Virus record (IMG/VR): IMGVR_UViG_3300028591_000076
Location: 128,001 to 192,000 of that record
Length of the DNA stretch: 64,000 nt
Source of the DNA: a virus
Lineage: Duplodnaviria > Caudoviricetes
Strand: one strand, 5' to 3'
Shown: in pieces, positions 29,166 through 38,240 of the stretch
Numbering within the stretch: the stretch's first letter is position 1
Layout: each line of letters begins with the position of its first letter
Made by a program: the position numbers and the translations under genes
The notes under the pieces: generated by a model
Databases searched by the model: none
Told to the model about the DNA's origin: nothing
Seen by the model: the letters and a program-made list of their open reading frames with translations, nothing else

Positions 29166-29226
29166 TTTTATTTCCTATAATTTTTTAAAATATTAACAAT
29201 ACAGATTTTTATCACTAATTTTTATT

Positions 29227-30456
29227 ATGGTAGATTTAAAACAAGCTAATAGAGACGTTGCTAATTTTTGTTTCGCAATGAAAAAAGAAATGCGTACATA
29301 TAAAGTATTTTGTGCTGGTGGATATAATTCACAAAATATAAATGAGCAACTATATAATTATATATTAAATAAATCAGAGGAACTTATAAAGCAGATAAGA
29401 ATATCTGTTATAAAATTTTGTAGAGCTAATCCATCTAAAGCTGACCAAACATTTAAGAAATTTGTAGATGAAGGCTTTAATAGTCAAAATATTACTGAAA
29501 AAGTATTTAATGCAACTTTACAGAAGTTTTATGCAATATCTAGTAATACAAGCTCACCTACTAATCCGTCCACTAGTAAACCAGTGGATACATCAAATAA
29601 TGTAGTTCAAACAAAATCTTCATTAAAAATTATTGATGGCTTTATGGTTGATACTAAATCTGGATTTATTCCAACTATAAATTATGTATCAAAAAGATAT
29701 AAAGAATTTAATAAAAAATATTTTGAAGACCAATTACCTAGTGTACCTATAAAAATTGCGGATACTAAAGGCTCAGCTGGCATGGTAAGATTTGCTTATA
29801 GAGGTGGCGTACGTACAATAGTAGATTTTAGAATATCACAAAAATACGGATATCCAGAAGAAGTAGTTTGTAATACTATTTTGCATGAGATGATACATGT
29901 ATACCAACATGCTATTCTACATGAGTCTCACAGAAATAGTGACGCGCATGGTATATCATTTATTAGAGAAATGAGAAGAATTAACGCATTTGGATGGAAA
30001 ATATCTACACATGTCACTGAAGAAGAACATAGTACGGCTATTCTTACAGATTTACAAAAATCAAAATTACATAATTTCAAATTTTATGCATTCTATAAAT
30101 CAAACAAGCTATGTATGGGAAAAATTAGAATTTCTAATTCTTCTAGACTAAAATCACCAGACCTAGCTTGGTTTGCGCCTAAAAAACCAAAATCTGCAGT
30201 ATTTGTTAGTATGCCAGAAACAAAAGGTCTATCATATAGCTATAGTGGTCATCCACTTACAATAGATGAAGTTAAAAAACTTTTAGCGGATGAAGAAATA
30301 TCTCTTATTTCTGCGCCTGATAAAATTAAAGAAAAATTGGGCTTAATAAATAAGGTAAGGGAATCTATTGATAAAGAAGATGAAAATGTTCTATATGTAG
30401 ACGGTGATTATAGAATAGTTATTGAAAATGGTGAAAGAATAGAGGAACTATCATAA
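29227..30456 (+). CDS. SprT-like zinc metalloprotease
   Basis: Y..FN..YF...LP, ILHEMIH, HG..F..EM.RIN. Confidence 0.8.
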   Translation: MVDLKQANRDVANFCFAMKKEMRTYKVFCAGGYNSQNINEQLYNYILNKSEELIKQIRISVIKFCRANPSKADQTFKKFVDEGFNSQNITEKVFNATLQKFYAISSNTSSPTNPSTSKPVDTSNNVVQTKSSLKIIDGFMVDTKSGFIPTINYVSKRYKEFNKKYFEDQLPSVPIKIADTKGSAGMVRFAYRGGVRTIVDFRISQKYGYPEEVVCNTILHEMIHVYQHAILHESHRNSDAHGISFIREMRRINAFGWKISTHVTEEEHSTAILTDLQKSKLHNFKFYAFYKSNKLCMGKIRISNSSRLKSPDLAWFAPKKPKSAVFVSMPETKGLSYSYSGHPLTIDEVKKLLADEEISLISAPDKIKEKLGLINKVRESIDKEDENVLYVDGDYRIVIENGERIEELS

Positions 30457-31424
30457 TGAATAAAAATATTTTTGAACACATTTATAATAATGCTGTAGAT
30501 AAAAGAATATATGAAGAAAAGCTCACACAAGAAGATAAGATGGATATGTGGCATAATGGTACTAGAGGATTTAATATTGAAGCGGCTAGTACATCTAAAT
30601 TACGTAAAAATCTTAAAATATGTAAGGCTAAAGGATATAGAGCTGAAGCTAGCAAAATAAGAGCTGAAATTAAAAAAAGAGGATTAAAAGTAGAGCTAGA
30701 TGAGTCTGGACTATTAAAGGAAGGCTGGACACCTTCAATTGGTGATTATGATTATACTGGCTCTTATGAAATAGATGATAATGAGTCTGGTGGAAGAGGT
30801 GGTTTAGTATTCTTCTTGGATATAGATAAAAAAATTGTATATAAAATAGCAACATCAGTTTGGTCAGATGCTAAAAAATATGAAAGAGCAGATGCTGAAC
30901 TCACTGCTAGAAACTCATTACCAGAAGGTCATGGTTCTTTTAAGTTAATCGCATATAAACATCTAACATATTCTGATCTATCAAAAGTAATTCTAAAAAA
31001 TACTAAAAAGTCTTATAGCGAATATAAATTATGGCAATGGGCAAATAATGGTGATAATTCTATATTCCTTTGTGGATATAAGCCTAATGGCGAAAAAATT
31101 CCAAATGAAAAGTTTAAAAAGAACTTATTTGATAATCAAGCAGAAACATTTGATGATATAGATGACGTTTTTGAAGATACTAAAACGGGTGACGTATTCT
31201 ATACCACTAAAGAAAAAGAAATGTCTAAAGATGACATATATCATATGGGATATAGTGATGGTTATCAAGATGGAATAGAAGATGATAAAATCAGTTATGA
31301 AAATATGAAACGTAACTGTGAAGAAAATGGCTATAGCTATGAAACTTATAAAAAAGGTTATGATGCCGGATTTAAGGAAGGACGAAAAGATAAAGAGTCG
31401 GGTGAATGGGATAGACACCAATAG
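30456..31424 (+). CDS. Hypothetical protein with GYxxG repeats
   Basis: GYSDGYQDG, GYDAGFKEG; N-terminal MNKNIFEHIY. Confidence 0.55.
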   Translation: MNKNIFEHIYNNAVDKRIYEEKLTQEDKMDMWHNGTRGFNIEAASTSKLRKNLKICKAKGYRAEASKIRAEIKKRGLKVELDESGLLKEGWTPSIGDYDYTGSYEIDDNESGGRGGLVFFLDIDKKIVYKIATSVWSDAKKYERADAELTARNSLPEGHGSFKLIAYKHLTYSDLSKVILKNTKKSYSEYKLWQWANNGDNSIFLCGYKPNGEKIPNEKFKKNLFDNQAETFDDIDDVFEDTKTGDVFYTTKEKEMSKDDIYHMGYSDGYQDGIEDDKISYENMKRNCEENGYSYETYKKGYDAGFKEGRKDKESGEWDRHQ

Positions 31425-31426
31425 AA

Positions 31427-31460
31427 ATAAAAAGCCAGCTTAATGCTGGCTTTTATTTTT
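31427..31460. terminator. Bidirectional intrinsic terminator
   Basis: AAAAGCCAGC-ttaat-GCTGGCTTTT. Confidence 0.75.
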
Positions 31461-31461
31461 A

Positions 31462-32532
31462 TTATTGGCTCTGAATAGGAACTATCTGAAATCCTTTTTG
31501 TGTAAGTGCTTGCTGTATCTGTGGAGTAATACCTGCTGACTGTAAAACCTTTTGAGTTTCTACGTCTTTTTGAGGCTGTTTTTGCACATTATTATTTGTA
31601 TTATCTTGACCAGCATTAGTATTATCTTTTGGACCATCTAGCTTACTAAATATATCTTTAGTATTTTTACATTTACTAATAAATGTATCTAAAGTATTTT
31701 TATCTAGAGGACCACCCATTTTCTGTCCTGTTTCTTTAGCTGTAAGTTTATCAACGTACTTAGATATAAAGCCTATTGTATTTCCTATTGCTTTCTTAAC
31801 ATTTTCTTTTGCTAATATAGCATTTTTAACATCACCTTTAGTCTTTAGGCCTTCATATGCGCTGTAAGACTTTTCTATAGCATCTATAAGACTTTTAACT
31901 TCTTTTGTACCCTGAGACTCTGATAACCTGTTAAAGAAAACTCCTTGAGACCAATTTATAGACTCTTGTTGTTTACCATTAGATGCTACATTCATGTCAT
32001 TCTGCTTACTATTTTCCATAGCCTGATTACTATCAGCTTTTGCATTATTAGCATTATCTACATTACGCTGCGCATTAACATTGCCATCACCACCAACACC
32101 AAGAACATTTATACTACAAAGAATATATTCTAGGGCTTCTACTGTGTCTTTATATGTTATATTGCCACTATCAAATGCCTTATTCCATGCGTCAAGCTTA
32201 GCTTTTACATTTGCTTGGCTCCAATTGTTCATAATATTTTTATATGAAGCCTTACCCGCTTTACCAGCCTGCTGTATCATTTTATTACCATCTTTTTCAG
32301 CCTGCTGCGTTGCTTGTAATGCTTGAGTTCTAGCATTAGCTTGAGCTTTTTGCTTAGCTGTAATAGCGAAAGAATTTCTAACATCATTTACAGCGTTTTG
32401 AGCAGCATGCTTTATAGCAGTTCCAGCATTTTGAACAGCATTAGTAATAAAATTTTCATCCAAGTTCTCTCTAGACTCATTAAGATTATTTGAGCTAAAG
32501 AGAACACTTAATATTTGTTCTCTTTTATCCAT
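31462..32532 (-). CDS. Hypothetical protein, probable internal virion protein
   Basis: A/Q/N-rich helical sequence; LNES/LDEN/LSES motifs; downstream of the prohead protease. Confidence 0.55.
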   Translation of the reverse strand: MDKREQILSVLFSSNNLNESRENLDENFITNAVQNAGTAIKHAAQNAVNDVRNSFAITAKQKAQANARTQALQATQQAEKDGNKMIQQAGKAGKASYKNIMNNWSQANVKAKLDAWNKAFDSGNITYKDTVEALEYILCSINVLGVGGDGNVNAQRNVDNANNAKADSNQAMENSKQNDMNVASNGKQQESINWSQGVFFNRLSESQGTKEVKSLIDAIEKSYSAYEGLKTKGDVKNAILAKENVKKAIGNTIGFISKYVDKLTAKETGQKMGGPLDKNTLDTFISKCKNTKDIFSKLDGPKDNTNAGQDNTNNNVQKQPQKDVETQKVLQSAGITPQIQQALTQKGFQIVPIQSQ

Positions 32533-32537
32533 TTTAC

Positions 32538-32978
32538 TTATGCCTCAGTAGCTACATTATTATCTTCACTTTTAGCCTTTTTTACTTCATCCTTAAACTC
32601 AGACTTAAGTCCAGATTTATCAATGCCATCAAGATTATCCAATTTGCCATCCTTTGACTTTATCATAATCTCTGTCATCTTAGAAATAACTTTAGTATCC
32701 TCTAAGTCCTTTAAGTATTTTCTAGTACTCTTAATAGACTTTTTAAGCTTAGGAGTAATTTTATTTATATTCTTTCCAGCTGCAGACTCTACCTTAGGTA
32801 AATCAGTTTTTACCTTTTTAGTAAGTCTATTAACCTGTCTAATTTGGCTTTTTAATACACCAGTAATCTGAGCTTCAGTCATTCTTGATAAAGCTTCAAC
32901 TAGTTGAGTCTCATTAAGATTACTCATAGTCTCTAGTAATTCATCATAATATTGTTCTTGCTCTTCTATCTTTGTCAT
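32538..32978 (-). CDS. Hypothetical protein
   Basis: SD GAGGT; in operon context. Confidence 0.6.
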   Translation of the reverse strand: MTKIEEQEQYYDELLETMSNLNETQLVEALSRMTEAQITGVLKSQIRQVNRLTKKVKTDLPKVESAAGKNINKITPKLKKSIKSTRKYLKDLEDTKVISKMTEIMIKSKDGKLDNLDGIDKSGLKSEFKDEVKKAKSEDNNVATEA

Positions 32979-32995
32979 CAGTTTTTACCTCTATA

Positions 32996-35701
32996 TTAAA
33001 AGCCTGCTTTAGCTCTAGCTATATTATAATTCTCAGCATTGTTAGCTGCTACTGTGCCCCATTGGCTCATACCGCTAGATAAATCTTGTGCTCTATTTGC
33101 AAAGTCTACAGGAATATTTTTACCAGCTTGTAATGTACCAAGATTTACGTCTGATATTCTAGTAAAGAGATTAGCATCTTTAGGAGATAAAATAGTATCT
33201 GCAGTCATTGTTGTCTTATATTTACTAAATATATTTTTTAATAACTGTTGCTGCGTTGCCTGGTCTGTTACACCACTATCAGTTATTAACTTCTGAACTG
33301 CACCTACAGTAAATTTACTATCTGCACCATTTGTAGTTCCTAAGTCATATAATCCAGATACAATTTTTCTACTAGTAGCATCATCTACTATATTATCAAC
33401 TTTATCATATACTGAGCCTTTGATATTTTTACAAACATCCGCAAAAAGCTCACCTTGCTGAGAATGGATATCGCCCATCATCTTATTAGCCCTTGTAATA
33501 CCTTCGCTGGCTTTAGCTATAGCATTATATGCTTCTATCTGAGCTTTACCATCCGCTGAGTTATTTATTACTCTTAATGCATATATAGCTTTTGCTTGGT
33601 CGTCTGCTGTGCCATGTGCCATTACATTAGCATACCAACCACCATCCGCAGCCCATTTATTTGCCATTTCTCTAGCTTCTGCTTCTGGCATATTTTTCAA
33701 GTCTTCAAGTGTTGGAATTTTTTCCATTAACTCATCTGTATGAGCCTCTATAATATCTTGTTGAACAGCTTGTGCAGCTAATTCAGCTTCTTCTTTAAAT
33801 GCTTTAGAAGTAGAATTTATTACATTCTGTAATTCACCAGATGTAGTCTTATTATGCCATAAATCATTTAACTGTCTATTGTATAATTCAGGATTTGATT
33901 TATACACATTAAGCGCATTTTCCTGAGTATCGAGTAAGCTCTTCTTTGCATTTAATGCGTCTAGAGTTTTTATTGAATTTACAGAATCTGTCTGGTCAAT
34001 ATTAGCAATTTGATTATCTATTGCTGCTCTTTCCTGTTCAAAATTTATTTTTGATAGATTATCAGGCGTAAACATATTAAATGTTTGTAAATTATTAATA
34101 TCAACTCTTAAGCTCTTAAATCCAGAATAAGCTGCAAGTGCGCCAAATCCAGCACCAATTATTCGTACCATACCAGCTTTAGGATTTCCATCTTGAAATT
34201 CCTTAACAGCTTTTTTAGCATTAAGCGCAGCGGTAGTAATACCACCTGCCATACGTAAAGAGTGAGCTGCCATTTGTAATGGAAGACCTACTGCTTGAAC
34301 GCCTGGTATAAAGGAAGCTATTGTTACTATAGTGGATGCAATTCTGATATACTTCTGTAATTTTTCCATATCAGATGGCAATAAGCCCACATTTGTTGCT
34401 TCTTTTACTAAAGCATTATATGCTACTAATAATTTCGCATACTTATATATACAGTCTCTCCAAACATCGATATCTTGCTCAGTTTTAAAGTTAGCCTTAA
34501 ATGTATTTGCTAAAGCCATTACCTGGCTGGGATCGCCATTAACAAGATTATTTAGGGCTTCTTCATCCTTTAATGACTGCTCTATTTCTGACTTAAGCTC
34601 TGCATATTTTGGATCAGTATAGTAACTCTCTAATTCTTGCTTTAGTGCCTCATTGTCTTTTATAAGCTCTAATGACTCTTCGGATACAATTCCTTTTAAC
34701 TGCTGCTCATTCTTAATATTTTCTATATCCGTATTTATTACAGCTCTATAAGTATTAAGAATACTTGCTTCTTCTGTTACTAAAGCCTCTTTTTGCATTG
34801 ATATTCTTGCTATTTCTTCTGAATTTCTAGACTGAATAGCATTTGAATAAAGCTTATTTATTTCCAATGCTTTTAATTTATGTATGTAATACTCTCTAAA
34901 AGCATTTTCTTTATCTTCTCTAATTTTATCTAGCTCGTCAGACTCTGCTACTTCTGTGCCTGTAGACTCTGCATTAGCCTCTTCATCATTATTTGCAGCT
35001 TCCCAGTCTTCTGCTATTTCTACCTTAGCTATTAAATCATCGAATTCTTCTACAGATGATAATTGTAAATTTAATTCTTTATTAAGTCTACTAAATTCAT
35101 CAATAATTAATGCTTTAGCTGAAGCCTGCTCCTCAGTTATATTATTAACGCCATCTGCACCTGTTCCAGTTACGTTATTTCGCATAAGTGCGTTATAGGT
35201 AGACTTTAAGCTATTATACTGATTAAGTAAGTCTGGGTCTTTCTTAAGTGCGTCTTTAAGAATAGCTACTTTATCATCATCCGACATTTGCTCTTGCGTA
35301 GCCTCTGAATTTTCCGCAGCATTTTCCGCATTTTGGTCATTAGTAGTATTATCTACCTTATCACCTATCAGCTTTGCATATATATTGATTCTATCTTTAA
35401 TGCTCTCTTTTCCGTCAACAAGGCCCGCGCATTCTCTTTCGATCTGGCTGCCATTTTTAGCGTCTCTACTAAAGCAGGTATTTAATGCATTAAAATAATC
35501 GTTGCCTAGTTTTATAGCTTTTTTAATATATTCCTTATCTTCATCAGATAAAGTTTCACCTTGTTTAACTTTATTTTCTAACTCGCGACATCTTGCATCA
35601 TAGCTTGCCCAAATAGGACCTACATCTTTTCCGTTAGCACGAATGGAAAACTCTTTAAGTTGAAAGCCTTCTTTTAAGTATTTTCTATAATCCATAGCCA
35701 T
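32996..35701 (-). CDS. Large helical protein with a central hydrophobic hairpin; candidate internal/ejection protein
   Basis: 901 aa; IASTIVTIASFIPGVQAVG...IIGAGFGALAAYSG; LKE motifs at the N-terminus. Confidence 0.5.
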   Translation of the reverse strand: MAMDYRKYLKEGFQLKEFSIRANGKDVGPIWASYDARCRELENKVKQGETLSDEDKEYIKKAIKLGNDYFNALNTCFSRDAKNGSQIERECAGLVDGKESIKDRINIYAKLIGDKVDNTTNDQNAENAAENSEATQEQMSDDDKVAILKDALKKDPDLLNQYNSLKSTYNALMRNNVTGTGADGVNNITEEQASAKALIIDEFSRLNKELNLQLSSVEEFDDLIAKVEIAEDWEAANNDEEANAESTGTEVAESDELDKIREDKENAFREYYIHKLKALEINKLYSNAIQSRNSEEIARISMQKEALVTEEASILNTYRAVINTDIENIKNEQQLKGIVSEESLELIKDNEALKQELESYYTDPKYAELKSEIEQSLKDEEALNNLVNGDPSQVMALANTFKANFKTEQDIDVWRDCIYKYAKLLVAYNALVKEATNVGLLPSDMEKLQKYIRIASTIVTIASFIPGVQAVGLPLQMAAHSLRMAGGITTAALNAKKAVKEFQDGNPKAGMVRIIGAGFGALAAYSGFKSLRVDINNLQTFNMFTPDNLSKINFEQERAAIDNQIANIDQTDSVNSIKTLDALNAKKSLLDTQENALNVYKSNPELYNRQLNDLWHNKTTSGELQNVINSTSKAFKEEAELAAQAVQQDIIEAHTDELMEKIPTLEDLKNMPEAEAREMANKWAADGGWYANVMAHGTADDQAKAIYALRVINNSADGKAQIEAYNAIAKASEGITRANKMMGDIHSQQGELFADVCKNIKGSVYDKVDNIVDDATSRKIVSGLYDLGTTNGADSKFTVGAVQKLITDSGVTDQATQQQLLKNIFSKYKTTMTADTILSPKDANLFTRISDVNLGTLQAGKNIPVDFANRAQDLSSGMSQWGTVAANNAENYNIARAKAGF

Positions 35702-35719
35702 TAAATCCTAAATTAATAA

Positions 35720-35742
35720 TAGCTGGCCCGTAGGCCAGCTAT
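35720..35742 (-). terminator. Hairpin after the protease-scaffold gene
   Basis: TAGCTGGCC-cgta-GGCCAGCTA. Confidence 0.6.
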
Positions 35743-35753
35743 AACCTATCAAA

Positions 35754-38120
35754 TTATTTTAAGCCAAACTTAGCAGCCATTGACTGAACTGGTGTTCTAT
35801 TCATCTTTATAGTTTCTTCTTCAAGTCTCTGCTGACGAATTGCTTTAGGATTAATTCTTGCTTCGTTTATCTTTCCAGAAATGAAAGGGAGAACTTTGAA
35901 AAATTCTCTTTGAGCTTCTGCTAATGTTTTAGCATCTCTAATTTTATGCTCAAAAGGTAAAAGAGCTTCACCAAATCTAGAAACTTGGTCTGCCCAGTAT
36001 TTTTCAATTAAAAGGCCATTTTCTTCTCTGAAGTCGATAAACTGATCAATAGATTTTCTATTTTTTGCTTCAGCATAATCATCAAGCATATTCTGAGCTA
36101 ATGATGGATTTTCATTTTCTACAGCTTCTGGAGCTTCCATAGTTACTGGAGCTTCATTGCCCATGTTAACATCTACTTTTGTAATATTCTTAACAGTAAG
36201 AGTACCATCATCATCAATATTTAATTCAACTTCGCCAGCTTCATTAATCTTCATGATAGACTCTTTAACTGCATTAACAAACTTATCTTTTTCTACGTTT
36301 GATGCTTCTTTAATTGTGCTGATAGACTCATTAAGTGCCTTATTAGCATTTGAAAGATTACTAAGCATAGAATTTGCTGCCTTAATCTTTGCTTCAAGAC
36401 GTGCATTTGCTTTTTCAAGTTTATCATTACCAGTACGATATTTTTCAATTCTTTCTGTAAGAACTTTTATTTTTGCTTCAGCAGCAGCTTTAACTTCATT
36501 TGTTGCTTTATTAGCATTATCAATTGCTTCTCTTGTGCTAACAAGTTCAGAGTCATGTGCTTTAGCAAGATTTTCTGCTCTTGTATCACGAAGCTGCATC
36601 TTAATTGTCATTTTTTCAATAGACTCTTTAAGTGCTTTATTTTCTTTTTCAGCTGTTGCAATCTTATCTTTAGCTCTTAATAATTCATGCTCAACCTTTG
36701 CTTTATTAAGGCCTTCTTCTCTTAAAGCTTTTGCTGAAAGTTCAATCTGCTCTGAAAGCTTTGCTAATTCTGATGATTCTTTCTTTGTAGACTCTTCAGT
36801 CTTTTCAAGCTCTTCAGCTTCTTTAATTGTAAGCTTAAGGTTTAAATCCTTAACGGCTGCGGAAAGAGACTCTTTAGCTGCTGAAAGATTTGCTGTTTCT
36901 TCCTCATACTTCTTTGTTGTTTCAACAAGCTTTGCATTTTCTTCTGCTAATTCTTTATTTCTTGCTGTTAAACCTTCTACAATATTCTTGTAGTTCTTTA
37001 CCTGTTCTGCAAGTTCTGCACCTTCTTCAATTACACGCTTTGTGCCTTCCTTGATTTCGTCAAGTGAGTCAACACCAAGTTCTTCCTTCATAGAAACAGC
37101 CTGTTCAACAAGTGCTTCTAATTCAGACTGTTTTGCCGCAATTTTTTCCTCAAGCTGTGCTTTAAGGTCTGGCGCTACACCTTCATCAAACATCTCGTTG
37201 ATGCTCTTAAGCTCTTTAAGCTGTTCATTAGGTGATTTCATATTATTTGTATCTTGAATAAATGCTGTTACATAATTTCTAAATGCCTTTTCCTCAACTT
37301 TTGAAAGGCATGATTTCTTTTCTTCTGACATTACTGATTCCCTCATAGTATTATTTAATGGTTCGGCAGACTCACTCATTACAGCCTGCTGCTTTGTATA
37401 TTCAATATTTCCTAATCCTGTCTGCTCATCTGCAATCTCGCCATAAACATCCTGTGAAGGATTAAGAACAACATCTGCTAATCTTTCAATTTGATATGTA
37501 TCTGGATTTACTGTTTTTCCATCTGATAAGAATTCACCAAAGCCTGATGAACTAAATCCTACACGTCCACCAGCATCAATTATCTCTTGGAACATATGTC
37601 CGAAAATACCAACAAAAGTACCAATACCATATACGATTTTTTCTACATCGTCAAGTTCCATTCCAAGCCAAACAATTGATGAGTTTCTAATAGAGCCTGG
37701 GTCATTAGATTCTGTAGGATGATCTGCTAATCCGCAGAGACCTTTCCAAGCATTCTGCTGGTTATTCATTACGTTTTCCCATAGTTTCTTTGTATAGATT
37801 CTACGGTTACCGTTTATGTTATCCCAACGGCCAATAGGAACACGATAAATTTTTCTCTCATTAAGAGAAACTCCGCGTTCACGAAGCTTTGAAATAACTG
37901 AATTAACGATACTATCGCTAATTGTTTTTGCTTCTTTGATTTGACAAATTGCGCTTTTTATTTCAGAGTCTGAAATAGAAACTGACTCATTAAGTTTATT
38001 ATCTTTAATGACGTCAGGGTTTTTATTCATTGACTCCTTAATGCTTTCTGGCGCGCTGTCAGTGATATCTGTATAGTACTTAGAGTCCATACAAACACTT
38101 TCACGTAAGAGTTGTAGCAT
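35754..38120 (-). CDS. Prohead protease (T4 gp21-like) fused to coiled-coil scaffold
   Basis: NGNRRIY, G.ADHP, VGFSSSGFG, DVVLNPS followed by ~500 aa of E/K/A-rich coiled coil. Confidence 0.85.
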   Translation of the reverse strand: MLQLLRESVCMDSKYYTDITDSAPESIKESMNKNPDVIKDNKLNESVSISDSEIKSAICQIKEAKTISDSIVNSVISKLRERGVSLNERKIYRVPIGRWDNINGNRRIYTKKLWENVMNNQQNAWKGLCGLADHPTESNDPGSIRNSSIVWLGMELDDVEKIVYGIGTFVGIFGHMFQEIIDAGGRVGFSSSGFGEFLSDGKTVNPDTYQIERLADVVLNPSQDVYGEIADEQTGLGNIEYTKQQAVMSESAEPLNNTMRESVMSEEKKSCLSKVEEKAFRNYVTAFIQDTNNMKSPNEQLKELKSINEMFDEGVAPDLKAQLEEKIAAKQSELEALVEQAVSMKEELGVDSLDEIKEGTKRVIEEGAELAEQVKNYKNIVEGLTARNKELAEENAKLVETTKKYEEETANLSAAKESLSAAVKDLNLKLTIKEAEELEKTEESTKKESSELAKLSEQIELSAKALREEGLNKAKVEHELLRAKDKIATAEKENKALKESIEKMTIKMQLRDTRAENLAKAHDSELVSTREAIDNANKATNEVKAAAEAKIKVLTERIEKYRTGNDKLEKANARLEAKIKAANSMLSNLSNANKALNESISTIKEASNVEKDKFVNAVKESIMKINEAGEVELNIDDDGTLTVKNITKVDVNMGNEAPVTMEAPEAVENENPSLAQNMLDDYAEAKNRKSIDQFIDFREENGLLIEKYWADQVSRFGEALLPFEHKIRDAKTLAEAQREFFKVLPFISGKINEARINPKAIRQQRLEEETIKMNRTPVQSMAAKFGLK

Positions 38121-38240
38121 TATTTAATTTCTCCCATATATTGTGGCACATATTTGTAATGCCCACCACGAAGTTTTATTATTATAATTAGTTATTCGCT
38201 ATAAAAAGTTCGCTATTAAAATGGCTAATTTATAATTATA

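Noticed and set aside
36157-36993. 278-aa plus-strand ORF and other antisense ORFs (e.g. 2044..2331, 32515..32871, 33039..33296, 34332..34622, 49923..50168, 63476..63685)
   Set aside because: They are antisense shadows of real genes, with S/L/F-rich composition expected from reverse-complemented E/K codons and no SD.
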